Of a DNA stretch of 58,036 nucleotides, positions 26,000 to 34,514 are shown piece by piece. Under the pieces are notes generated by a model. It saw nothing but the letters and a program-made list of their open reading frames with translations. It made no database searches and was not told the DNA's origin. The DNA comes from Flavobacteriales bacterium (GTDB lineage: Bacteria > Bacteroidota > Bacteroidia > Flavobacteriales_F > PHOS-HE28), in contig JAHBUM010000001.1 of assembly GCA_019638075.1 (NCBI GenBank), positions 1 through 58,036 on the forward strand, given 5' to 3'. Each line of letters starts with the position of its first letter. Within the stretch, counting starts at the first letter, position 1. The position numbers were made by a program, and so were the translations under genes.

Positions 26000-27601
26000 T
26001 CACTCCACCACCACGCGAAGGGCCTCTTCACCCGCTATACGGAGCAGGTAGAGCCCCGGCATCAAACCAGTCACATCCACCGTGCTGCGACCGGGACGCA
26101 GCGATAAGCGCTGCACCCGCTGACCCGCGCTGTTCATCAGTTCGGCGGGCACGGGGAGGCTTCCCTTGCGTTCAATATGCAACAGACCGGTGGTCGGGTT
26201 GGGCCACGCATGCAGATCGTTGGAGGTGGGCCTCGTGTGCACACCGGTGGTGATCCCCGCGATACGCCCCAGCACGGCCGCCTGGCCCCCATCGCTGTTC
26301 ACGCTGAAAGGCCCGTAGGTCAGATCGCCCGAAGTGTGTGCCACGAAGTGCACGGCATCGGCTTCCGCACCGCTGGTGATTGTCTGGGCCGTCACGAAGA
26401 TGCCCGCGGCAGCGCTATTGGCGACCCATTGCGGCACGCCATCGGGATCGATGGCCAGCACCGCGAGGCGGCGGCTGGTGATGCCGGGCCCACCGCTCAC
26501 CACGCCATTGCCCCAGCCCACCGTGCCGCGAGTGGAGCCCGTGAAATACACCTCACCCGCATTACCGACCGCGATACAGGCGCCTTGGGCACGCTGCACA
26601 TCACCGGTGATGCCCTCGCCGGTGGGATGCGCCTCCAGCCCCCAGATGAAATGGCCCGTGCTGTCGAGCCGGGCGATGAACACATCGTGCCCCCAATTGG
26701 TGCCGATGAATTGCATGCCGCCCCACAACCCGCCCGATAGGTTCAGATCTCCCGCCAAGTAGGCGTGCCCATCCTGCGTGGCGGCCACGGTGGGATGGGT
26801 GAAGGTGAAGTCCCGCGCGAACTCTGCGAATCCTGCCGTGCCATCGGGCCGGTAGCGCAGCACGAACATGTTGTAGCCCTCGGTGCTCTCAACAGCAAAG
26901 CTCTGCCCACCGAACGTGAGGTCGCCGTTCTCGCACGATCCGCTCACGTACAAACCGCCCCATGGGTCGAAGCTCAGGTTGCCGAAGCGCCGGACGCCGC
27001 TGATGGTGCGTTCCTCCACATCGTTGCCCGCCGCATCCACACGCACCACCTTGCCGGACATGAAATCCTCCACGAGGTACCACAAGTGTCCGTCGGGATC
27101 GATCGCCAGGGAGGGGACCTCATCTCCGCCGGGATGCGCGATGCTGAGGTTGCGGCACCACAGCGGTGTGCCCGTGGTGAGGTCCCACGCGAGGAGGAAA
27201 TGGTTCATCGTCAGGAAGCTGCCCAGGCTGGGCACTTGGGTGCCATCGCAGAGCACCAAGGCATCGCCGGCGAACGCTCCAGTGAAATAGCCGATGCCCT
27301 GGGGCGACACCGCTGCGGCGCCCACGGACACGGAATCGGACACGGCACAGGATAGGCCCACAGCACCAGTGGCCGGGTCCAGCGCATCGAGGACGACCGT
27401 ACCGAGGATATGGGTGCCGTAAATGAGCGACACATCCGCCATGCGCATGGCCGCCAAGTGGCCCGGCGCGGAAGCCAGTTCGTGGCGCGGCATGCCCGGG
27501 TTGGAGATGTAATCGACCGACGCCTCATTGAGCCAGCTCACTTGCTGGGCATGCGACACGGGCCCCACGAGCAGGGCAAGGGAGAGGAGATGGGTACGCA
27601 T
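26000..27601 (-). CDS. secreted beta-propeller-like protein with T9SS type-A C-terminal sorting domain
   Basis: ATG 27601 (MRTHLLSLALLVGPVSHAQ signal) chosen over ORF-track start 28030. C-terminus WPNPTTGLLHIERKG...GLYLLRIAGEEALRVVVE. Confidence 0.75.
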   Translation of the reverse strand: MRTHLLSLALLVGPVSHAQQVSWLNEASVDYISNPGMPRHELASAPGHLAAMRMADVSLIYGTHILGTVVLDALDPATGAVGLSCAVSDSVSVGAAAVSPQGIGYFTGAFAGDALVLCDGTQVPSLGSFLTMNHFLLAWDLTTGTPLWCRNLSIAHPGGDEVPSLAIDPDGHLWYLVEDFMSGKVVRVDAAGNDVEERTISGVRRFGNLSFDPWGGLYVSGSCENGDLTFGGQSFAVESTEGYNMFVLRYRPDGTAGFAEFARDFTFTHPTVAATQDGHAYLAGDLNLSGGLWGGMQFIGTNWGHDVFIARLDSTGHFIWGLEAHPTGEGITGDVQRAQGACIAVGNAGEVYFTGSTRGTVGWGNGVVSGGPGITSRRLAVLAIDPDGVPQWVANSAAAGIFVTAQTITSGAEADAVHFVAHTSGDLTYGPFSVNSDGGQAAVLGRIAGITTGVHTRPTSNDLHAWPNPTTGLLHIERKGSLPVPAELMNSAGQRVQRLSLRPGRSTVDVTGLMPGLYLLRIAGEEALRVVVE

Positions 27602-27663
27602 GGGATCCGCCTTCTTGGTGGAAGGACGCGGGCGGACCGCTCGGCGGATGCCTCGTTCTCGTA

Positions 27664-30600
27664 CTATTTGGCCCCGTACCGCGGATCGGGCTTCCACGGC
27701 AATTTCATGAACCGTTCGGTGCGCAGGGCGCAATGCCCGAACTCCTCCTCCACCACACCGGTGAGCAGATACACACCGCGCCCACGGAAGGGATGGCGCG
27801 CGGCCACCTGCGGGAACTGCGTGCTGTCCCAGAAGTCGCCCGCGGGATCGATGAACGAACCGAAGGTCATCTGTTGCCCGTAGTGCGTGGTGGTCGTCTT
27901 CACGTGGATCAGATAGCCGCGCATGGCGACGCGGCGGCCGATGTGCTGGGGCATGTCGCGCGCGCCGATGTGCGGCAGGTCCGTGGGAATGGTGTCGGCG
28001 GTCGCGTCCACCAGCGTGAACGGATCGCACAGCGGGAAGCCCAGCAGCTCCAGCTCGTCGTAGGCATCGGCCAGCGGATGATGGTGCAGCGGTGGCAGCG
28101 CAGGCTCTTCCACACGCGTGGCGAACAGATCATGACCCGCACCGACACGTGCCGGACGATGCAGCAGGGCCAGGTCCCACAACAGCTGCGGCTTGCTGCG
28201 ACCGGTGAAGCGCAACGCCCCGGCACGCACCAGCAGACGCGCCTGCTCGAGCTCCAGCGGCACACGCCGCAGCAGGTCCTGCAGATCGGTGAAGGGCCCG
28301 CGGCGACGCCGTTCTTCCAGCACCGCGTGCACCGTATCGCTCGTGAGGCCTTTGATGTGCGCGAGGCCGAGTTGGATCCGGGGAGCCGGTCGGGAGTTGT
28401 CGGTCGTGGGTCGGTCGCGCTCACCGTGACAACGCACAACCGACCACTGACACCCCCTCCTTGCCAACGAACACCACTCCTCGCTCGTGTTCACGCACGG
28501 CGCCTCGATCACCGCGCCCGCCCGTTCCGCCTCGTGCAGGTAGAACTCGGTGCGGTAGAACCCACCGAAGTTGTTGGCCACGGCCACTAGGAACTCCAGC
28601 GGGTGGTGGGCCTTGAGGTAGAGGCTCTGGTAGCTCTCCACGGCATAGCTCGCACTGTGGCCCTTGGCGAAGCTGAAGCTGGCGAAGCTTTCGATCTGGC
28701 GCCAGATCTCCTCCACCTCCTGCGGTGGATGGCCGAACCGTTGGCAATTGGCGAAGAACTTCCGCTCCACTTCCTTGAAGTCGTCCCGTTCGCGGTAGCG
28801 CAGGTTCATGCCGCGCCGCACCTGATCGGCCTCGGACAAGTTCAAGCCACCGTACTGCACCGCCACCTTGATCACGTCCTCCTGGTACACCATCACGCCG
28901 TAGGTCTCGGGCATGATCTCCAGCAGTCGCTTGGGGGCCTGCTTGCGCCGTTCGGGGTCGTGGTGACGCAGCAGGTACTCGCGCATCATGCCGCTCTCGG
29001 CCACGCCCGGGCGGATGATGCTGCTGGCCGCCACCAGCCCGAGGTAGTCCTCCACGCGCAGCTTCTTCAGCAGCATGCGCATGGCCGGGCTCTCCACGTA
29101 GAAGCAGCCGATGGTGTCGCCCTTGCGCAGCAGCTCCTTGATCGCGGGGTCCTGCTTGAAGCGCGGGATGTCGTGGATGTCGACGGGCTCCGGGGCCGCG
29201 GCGTTCACCATCTCCACCGCATCGCGGATGTGGCCCAGGCCGCGCTGGCTCAGCAGATCGAACTTGTGCAGACCCAGGTCCTCGCACTCCAGCATGCTGA
29301 TCTGTGTCACCGGAAAGCCTTTGGGCGGGCGATGCAGCGCGGTGAAGTGCGTCACGGGCCTCTCGGTGATCACCACGCCCCCGGCATGGATGCCGAACTG
29401 GTGCGGCATGCCGATGAGCCGTTGCGCATGCCGCACCACCGCGCGCGCCACGCGGTCCACGGTGCCTGCCCGCACCTGCGCGCTGGGAGCGCCGCGCCCC
29501 CAGCCGCCTTCGTCGCCCGCGCTCAGCGCATCGATCTCTGCGGGTGGCAGGCCGAGCGCCTTGCCCAGCTCACGCACCGCACCCCGCCATTGGAAGGTGG
29601 TGTAGGTGGCGATCTGCGCGGCATGGATGCGTCCCGCGTCGGGACCGTTGTACTTCGAGAAGATGTAGCGGTACACCTCGTCGCGGTCCTTCCAGCTGAA
29701 GTCGATGTCGAAGTCGGGCGGGTTGCGCCGCGCGGGATTGATGAAGCGCTCGAAGTAGAGGTCCAATTCCAGCGGGTCCACGTCGGTGATCCCGAGGCAA
29801 TAGGCCACCAGGCTGTTGGCGCCGCTGCCGCGCCCCACGTGGAAGAAGCCCCGGCTCCGCGCGAAGTCCACGATGTCCTGGTTGATACGGAAGTAGCTCA
29901 CGAAGCCCTTCTGGTCGATCACGTCGAGCTCGTGGCGCAACCGCTCCAAGGCCCGCTGCGACGGCCGTCCGTAGCGGGTGTGCAGCCCGCGCAAGGCATC
30001 GGCGTGCAGGCGCTCGCGGTCCTCGCGCTCGTCGGCGCCGAAACTGCGCCAGGTCTTGTCGCTGGCGTCGAAGGCGATGATGCATTCCTCCAGCAGGGCC
30101 ATGGTGTTCCGCGGCAGGTGCGGATGGTCCTGGTAGATGCGCATCACCTCGTCGGATGAGCGGAACACTTCGTCGGGCCGGGCCAGTTCCTCGGGTGGTA
30201 GCAGGCTCAGCACGGTGTTGTGGGCCACGGTGCGCAGCAGCCGGTGCAGATCGAACTCGCGATGGCGTTCCGTGCCGGGATCGCGGAAGGTCACCGGCAT
30301 CCAGGCCACGAGGTCCTTGGTGGATCGGGCCCAGGGGCTGAAGGGCAGGCGCGTGAGGTCGCTGGGGCGCACGCCGATGCGTTCGTGCGGCAGTAGCGTG
30401 CGGTGCGGCGTGGTGAAGGGCAGGATGAAGTACGTGTGCTCCAGCAGCGGCGGTCGTTCGGGCAGCGGCGTGCCATCGAGCAGGTGGGTACTGAGGAGCG
30501 TGTTGAGCGCTTGGAAGCCCTCGTTGTTGCGGGCCAATCCGATGTACAGCAGGTGCGACCCTTGCCGGAACTCGATGCCCACCACGGGCCGCACACCGTG

Positions 30601-30759
30601 CTTCGGTGCGTCGCGCACGAAGTCGGGCACGCCGGCCGTGCAGTGGATGTCGGTGAGCGCGCACACCGTGGCACCCGCGCGTGCGGCCTCCTCCAGCAAG
30701 GCGCCGGGCCGCAGCACGCCGTACTTCAGGCTGAACCAGCTGTGGCAGTTGAGGAACAT
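27664..30759 (-). CDS. dnaE2: error-prone DNA polymerase III alpha-subunit homolog (DnaE2-like, about 1031 aa)
   Basis: PHP domain MFLNCHSWFSLKYGVL...ALTDIH. Pol III alpha core FHVGRGSGANSLVAYCLGITDVDP...FERFINPAR...PDFDIDF...HAGGVVI. Its short length fits DnaE2 rather than replicative DnaE. ATG 30759 chosen over TTG 30792. Confidence 0.85.
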   Translation of the reverse strand: MFLNCHSWFSLKYGVLRPGALLEEAARAGATVCALTDIHCTAGVPDFVRDAPKHGVRPVVGIEFRQGSHLLYIGLARNNEGFQALNTLLSTHLLDGTPLPERPPLLEHTYFILPFTTPHRTLLPHERIGVRPSDLTRLPFSPWARSTKDLVAWMPVTFRDPGTERHREFDLHRLLRTVAHNTVLSLLPPEELARPDEVFRSSDEVMRIYQDHPHLPRNTMALLEECIIAFDASDKTWRSFGADEREDRERLHADALRGLHTRYGRPSQRALERLRHELDVIDQKGFVSYFRINQDIVDFARSRGFFHVGRGSGANSLVAYCLGITDVDPLELDLYFERFINPARRNPPDFDIDFSWKDRDEVYRYIFSKYNGPDAGRIHAAQIATYTTFQWRGAVRELGKALGLPPAEIDALSAGDEGGWGRGAPSAQVRAGTVDRVARAVVRHAQRLIGMPHQFGIHAGGVVITERPVTHFTALHRPPKGFPVTQISMLECEDLGLHKFDLLSQRGLGHIRDAVEMVNAAAPEPVDIHDIPRFKQDPAIKELLRKGDTIGCFYVESPAMRMLLKKLRVEDYLGLVAASSIIRPGVAESGMMREYLLRHHDPERRKQAPKRLLEIMPETYGVMVYQEDVIKVAVQYGGLNLSEADQVRRGMNLRYRERDDFKEVERKFFANCQRFGHPPQEVEEIWRQIESFASFSFAKGHSASYAVESYQSLYLKAHHPLEFLVAVANNFGGFYRTEFYLHEAERAGAVIEAPCVNTSEEWCSLARRGCQWSVVRCHGERDRPTTDNSRPAPRIQLGLAHIKGLTSDTVHAVLEERRRRGPFTDLQDLLRRVPLELEQARLLVRAGALRFTGRSKPQLLWDLALLHRPARVGAGHDLFATRVEEPALPPLHHHPLADAYDELELLGFPLCDPFTLVDATADTIPTDLPHIGARDMPQHIGRRVAMRGYLIHVKTTTTHYGQQMTFGSFIDPAGDFWDSTQFPQVAARHPFRGRGVYLLTGVVEEEFGHCALRTERFMKLPWKPDPRYGAK

Positions 30760-30782
30760 GATCGACGGATATTGCGTCGATC
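30760..30782. promoter_or_regulatory. palindromic operator candidate GATCGAC-N9-GTCGATC abutting the dnaE2 start codon
   Basis: Read directly from sequence. An extra GTCGATC half-site lies at 30784-30790. Confidence 0.55.
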
Positions 30783-30789
30783 CGTCGAT

Positions 30790-30799
30790 CAAAAAGATA
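30790..30799 (-). promoter_or_regulatory. candidate -7-like box TAtcTTTTTG for dnaE2
   Basis: Plus-strand caaaaagata equals minus-strand TATCTTTTTG, 7 nt upstream of the operator candidate. Confidence 0.3.
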
Positions 30800-30867
30800 G
30801 CTCGATCAGGTATCTCGGGCTTGTAACTTCATTCGCCGATGAGCCGTCCCATCGACGGTACCCTCCC

Positions 30868-32391
30868 ATGCGCTTCCTCACACCGCTCCTGCTTGTTCAG
30901 GGCCTGTGGCTGCAGGCCCAACCGGGCATCCTCGCCGCCATCGACCTGCGCGACCAACACCACGACCGCCTCGCGGTGGAGTTGACCGTGCCGCCGCTCA
31001 ATGTCGATCAGGCTGTCTTCGCCCTGCCGCGCATCGTGCCGGGGATCTATGGCATCATGGACCACGGTCGCCTGGCCAGTGACCTCCAGGCCTTCGACCC
31101 GAACGGAGAGCCCATCCCTGTGCAGCGCCTCGACGTGGGCCGCTGGACGATCCCCGAAGCACGCGCCCTGCACCGCATCACCTATTCCGTGGACGATGGC
31201 TGGGAGGAGTTCGACATCCGTTTTTCCCTGGGCAACTACCGCTCTTCAGAAGGCACGGTGAAGCACGAGGCCGTGGTGCTGAACCATAACACGGTGATCG
31301 GTTATTTCGAAGGGCACGAAGCGTTGCCGTACACCATCCACCTGAAGAAGCCCGCCGCGCACTACGCTGCCACCAGCCTGCCACGCACGCAGGAGACCAC
31401 CGATGCCATCACCTTCAACGCCCGCAGTTACCGCCATCTGGTTGACAACCCTGTGATGGTGGCCCCGGCGGACACGGCCCACATCCGCTTGAAGGACATC
31501 AACGTGCTGGTGGCCTGCCACAGCACCACGGGCAAGGCCATCGCACACGACGTGGCGAAGGAGATCCGTCCGTTGCTGGCGGACCAACGTGCCTATCTCG
31601 GGGGCGCTCTGCCGGTGAAGGACTATACCTTCCTGATCTACCACCACCCGAGCGACGTGGAGGGCAGTAGCATGGGCGACGGTCTGGAGCACTCGGCCAG
31701 CACGTTGATCCTGCTGTGCATGCCGCTGGATGCGGAGATGATCGCGCGCAGCGTGTACGGCATCGCCAGCCACGAGTTCTTCCACACGATCCTGCCGTTG
31801 AGCGTACACAGCGAGGAGATCGCGCAGTACGATTTCAACGCGCCGCGCATGAGCCGTCACCTCTGGCTCTACGAAGGCATGACCGAATACTTCGCCATAC
31901 ACATGCCGGTGAAGCAGGGCAGGCAACCGGTTGAGGAGTTCCTCGGTGTATTGAAGGAGAAGATCCGGATGATGCGCAAGTTCCCGGACGACATCGCCCT
32001 GACCACCCTGAGCCAGCAGGCCATGGAACAACAGGAGCAGTACTACAACTTCTACCTGAAGGGCACGCTCTTCTGCATGGGGTTGGACATCGCCTTGCGC
32101 GAACGATCGAAGGGCACCTACGGCGTGGTGGAACTGGTGCAGGACCTGCAACGCGAATACGGCCCCGGCAGGCCGTTCAAGGACGAGGAGTTGTTCGCCA
32201 CCATCGAGCGCCTTGCCGGGCCGGACATCGGGGCTTTCCTGCAACGCCACCTGAACGAACCCAGCGTGCTGCCGGTGGAGGAATGGTTGGGCAAGGCGGG
32301 GATCACCATGGACAAGAACAGCGTTCCGCTGGCCGAGGCGAAGCCCACCAAGGAGCAGAAGCGTTTGCGGACGTGGTGGCTGGGCCGATAG
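30868..32391 (+). CDS. secreted zinc metallopeptidase (HExxH gluzincin, M61/M1-like)
   Basis: 507 aa. Signal MRFLTPLLLVQGLWLQA. SHEFFHTILP...HLWLYEGMTEYFA (HExxH plus downstream E). Family assignment is tentative. Confidence 0.6.
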   Translation: MRFLTPLLLVQGLWLQAQPGILAAIDLRDQHHDRLAVELTVPPLNVDQAVFALPRIVPGIYGIMDHGRLASDLQAFDPNGEPIPVQRLDVGRWTIPEARALHRITYSVDDGWEEFDIRFSLGNYRSSEGTVKHEAVVLNHNTVIGYFEGHEALPYTIHLKKPAAHYAATSLPRTQETTDAITFNARSYRHLVDNPVMVAPADTAHIRLKDINVLVACHSTTGKAIAHDVAKEIRPLLADQRAYLGGALPVKDYTFLIYHHPSDVEGSSMGDGLEHSASTLILLCMPLDAEMIARSVYGIASHEFFHTILPLSVHSEEIAQYDFNAPRMSRHLWLYEGMTEYFAIHMPVKQGRQPVEEFLGVLKEKIRMMRKFPDDIALTTLSQQAMEQQEQYYNFYLKGTLFCMGLDIALRERSKGTYGVVELVQDLQREYGPGRPFKDEELFATIERLAGPDIGAFLQRHLNEPSVLPVEEWLGKAGITMDKNSVPLAEAKPTKEQKRLRTWWLGR

Positions 32392-32629
32392 CAGGGCTTT
32401 GCGGGCATCGCCAAGGCTGGACCACAACAGGGCCCCGCGAAGAGCTCCAGTTCTGGCCATCTACTACATGAGTAGTATTGGAAGGGTGCGCAATACCTCC
32501 CAATTTCGTCCCCGCCTTCCCGTGCCGCTGACCGCGCCTTTGCATGGCCGCCCCCTGCTCCGCCGAGACTTCGCGGAGGCATGGTCGGCGAAGCAAGGAG
32601 CTTCGGCAGGGCCATAAGGCGGACAACCC

Positions 32630-34432
32630 ATGCGCCTCCTCATCCTACCCCTGCTGCTGATCCACTGTGCGCTCCTGCACGCACAGGAACAGCCCACCAC
32701 ACACGCCCGCCCGCTCGCCGACACGGTGCAGGCCGACGTGCTCATCGACAGTCTGAAGCGGTACGTGGGCACGGGCCGGATCGAGGAGGCACTGGTGCTC
32801 GTTCCGGAGCTGGAGGCGGTGATCGCGGGCATCCGCACGGGTGGTGATCACCCCGCGCTGCTGCCCCGGCGTTTGCAGGCCACCAAGCTCGAAGGCATCG
32901 CGCACTACCGCGCAGGCGCATACCCCAAGGCGCTCGACGCGTTCCAGCGGTTCCAACAGGTGGCCGAACTGTACGGCGCCCCCGAGCACATCGGCGCAGC
33001 GCACAACTACCAGTCATACCAGTACCGCGAGATGAACGATGTGCCGCGTGCGATGGAAGCCTCCCGCAAGGCCATCGCCATCCTGCGCACCCTGCCGCCC
33101 GGCGACGACCTCGCCAACGCGCTCTCCGGCCTTACCTCCATCGCCTCCGATCAGGGCCTGTACGACAGCGCCGTCACTTACGCACGCGAGGCCGTTGCCA
33201 TCTATGCGCGCACCGGCAACGACATGAACCGTGGATCCACCCTGCTGAACATGACCGACGCCTTCATCCAACAGGAACGGTACGATTCCGCCCTCGCCTG
33301 TGTGAAGCGGGCCATGCCCTTGGTGGAGGCTGCCGGCAACCCCTATTACCTCCTCATTGCCCACGGCCAGCATGGGCGTGCGCTGCTTGCCACGCGGCAG
33401 TACGTCGCCGCCGCCGATGAACTGGGCATCGCGGAGCGGATGGCCGTGGAATTGGAGGACGATGAATCGCTGGGGCGGATCAAGGACCTGCGGGCCCTGA
33501 TCAGTGCGCAGGGCAACGACCCCGTTGCTGCCATACGCCAGCTTCAGGACGGCCGCGACGCCCTCATCCGCGACCTCGATCTGGCGAAGGTGCAGGAGAT
33601 CACCGAGGTGCGGTTGAAAGCCGAGCACGAGCAGGAGCAACAGTTGGCCGCGATCCGGCTGGCCGAAGAGCGGCAACGCCGCCACCATGCGTTGATCGGC
33701 GGGGCGCTGGTGCTGCTCATCGCCCTGCTGCTGGCATGGCTGCTGATCGCCACCCGCCGCAAGAACGCCCAGATCATCCGCGCCCAACAGCAGGTGGTGG
33801 AGGTCGAAAAGCAACACGAAGCCGAGCAGGTGCGCACCCGCATCGCCCGCGACATCCACGACGACATCGGCAGCGGCCTCACCAAGATCGCCATGCTCGG
33901 CAGCGAGGCCCGGCAGCACGTGCAGGAGCATTCCGAAGAACTACGCGGCACCTTGGAACGCATCATCGGCCACAGCCGCGAGGTGAATGCCGCCCTCAGC
34001 GACATCGTGTGGAGCGTAGATCCCGCCCATGACACAAGCGAGGAACTGGTGCATCATGCCCGCAACGTGGCGCAGCGCCTGCTGGAAGGCAGCGGCGTGG
34101 CGCATGAGCTGCTTTTCGATCACATCGATCCCGCGCATCCGGTGGCACCCGGCACCAAGCACCACGTGGTGATGGTGATGAAGGAGGCCATTAATAATGC
34201 ACTGAAGTATGCTGGCGCAAAACACATCAACGTGCATTTGGAAGCCGGTGGTCACCACGTGAAGCTGGTGATCGCCGATGATGGCAAGGGCTTCGATCCG
34301 GAAGCGATGGCACGCGCGGGGAATGGGCTGCGCAACATGCGGGCGCGGGCGGAAGCCATCGGGGTACGGTTGACCCTGCATTCAACGCCCGGGCATGGCT
34401 GCACTGTGGAATTCGATGGATCTTTGGCGTAG
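32630..34432 (+). CDS. TPR-repeat sensor histidine kinase (HisKA_3/HATPase_c, NarX-type catalytic core), paralog 1
   Basis: 600 aa. Signal peptide, TPR-like repeats, coiled coil, TM helix (ALIGGALVLLIALLLAWLLI), then RIARDIHDDIGSGLT (H-box) and N/G boxes. Confidence 0.88.
   Translation: MRLLILPLLLIHCALLHAQEQPTTHARPLADTVQADVLIDSLKRYVGTGRIEEALVLVPELEAVIAGIRTGGDHPALLPRRLQATKLEGIAHYRAGAYPKALDAFQRFQQVAELYGAPEHIGAAHNYQSYQYREMNDVPRAMEASRKAIAILRTLPPGDDLANALSGLTSIASDQGLYDSAVTYAREAVAIYARTGNDMNRGSTLLNMTDAFIQQERYDSALACVKRAMPLVEAAGNPYYLLIAHGQHGRALLATRQYVAAADELGIAERMAVELEDDESLGRIKDLRALISAQGNDPVAAIRQLQDGRDALIRDLDLAKVQEITEVRLKAEHEQEQQLAAIRLAEERQRRHHALIGGALVLLIALLLAWLLIATRRKNAQIIRAQQQVVEVEKQHEAEQVRTRIARDIHDDIGSGLTKIAMLGSEARQHVQEHSEELRGTLERIIGHSREVNAALSDIVWSVDPAHDTSEELVHHARNVAQRLLEGSGVAHELLFDHIDPAHPVAPGTKHHVVMVMKEAINNALKYAGAKHINVHLEAGGHHVKLVIADDGKGFDPEAMARAGNGLRNMRARAEAIGVRLTLHSTPGHGCTVEFDGSLA
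33830..34432 (+). repeat. duplicated kinase-core segment, copy 1 (pairs with 35904-36506)
   Basis: The first 90 nt are identical to 35904-35993. Scattered substitutions after that. Confidence 0.85.
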
Positions 34433-34514
34433 TCCGTACATGGCGGCATGTTGGTCACGCTCACCCGGAAGGCCTGAACGGGACGGCCATCATGTACGGA
34501 TCCGCACAGCACCC

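Noticed and set aside
24471-26003. 510-aa minus-strand ORF
   Set aside because: It is antisense to dinB, which carries clear Y-family motifs.
30760-30792. TTG start at 30792 extending dnaE2 by 11 codons (MIDGSTQYPSI)
   Set aside because: The extension would be translated from the palindromic operator candidate and the -7-like box. The ATG at 30759 gives the canonical MFLNCHSWFSL PHP-domain N-terminus.
32460-32510. Two small hairpins (ctact-acatg-agtag; attggaagg...cctcccaat) after the metallopeptidase gene as a terminator or sRNA
   Set aside because: The stems are short (5 and 9 bp with a mismatch), there is no clear U-tract, and they start about 70 nt after the stop. This is too weak to call without folding energies or RNA data.
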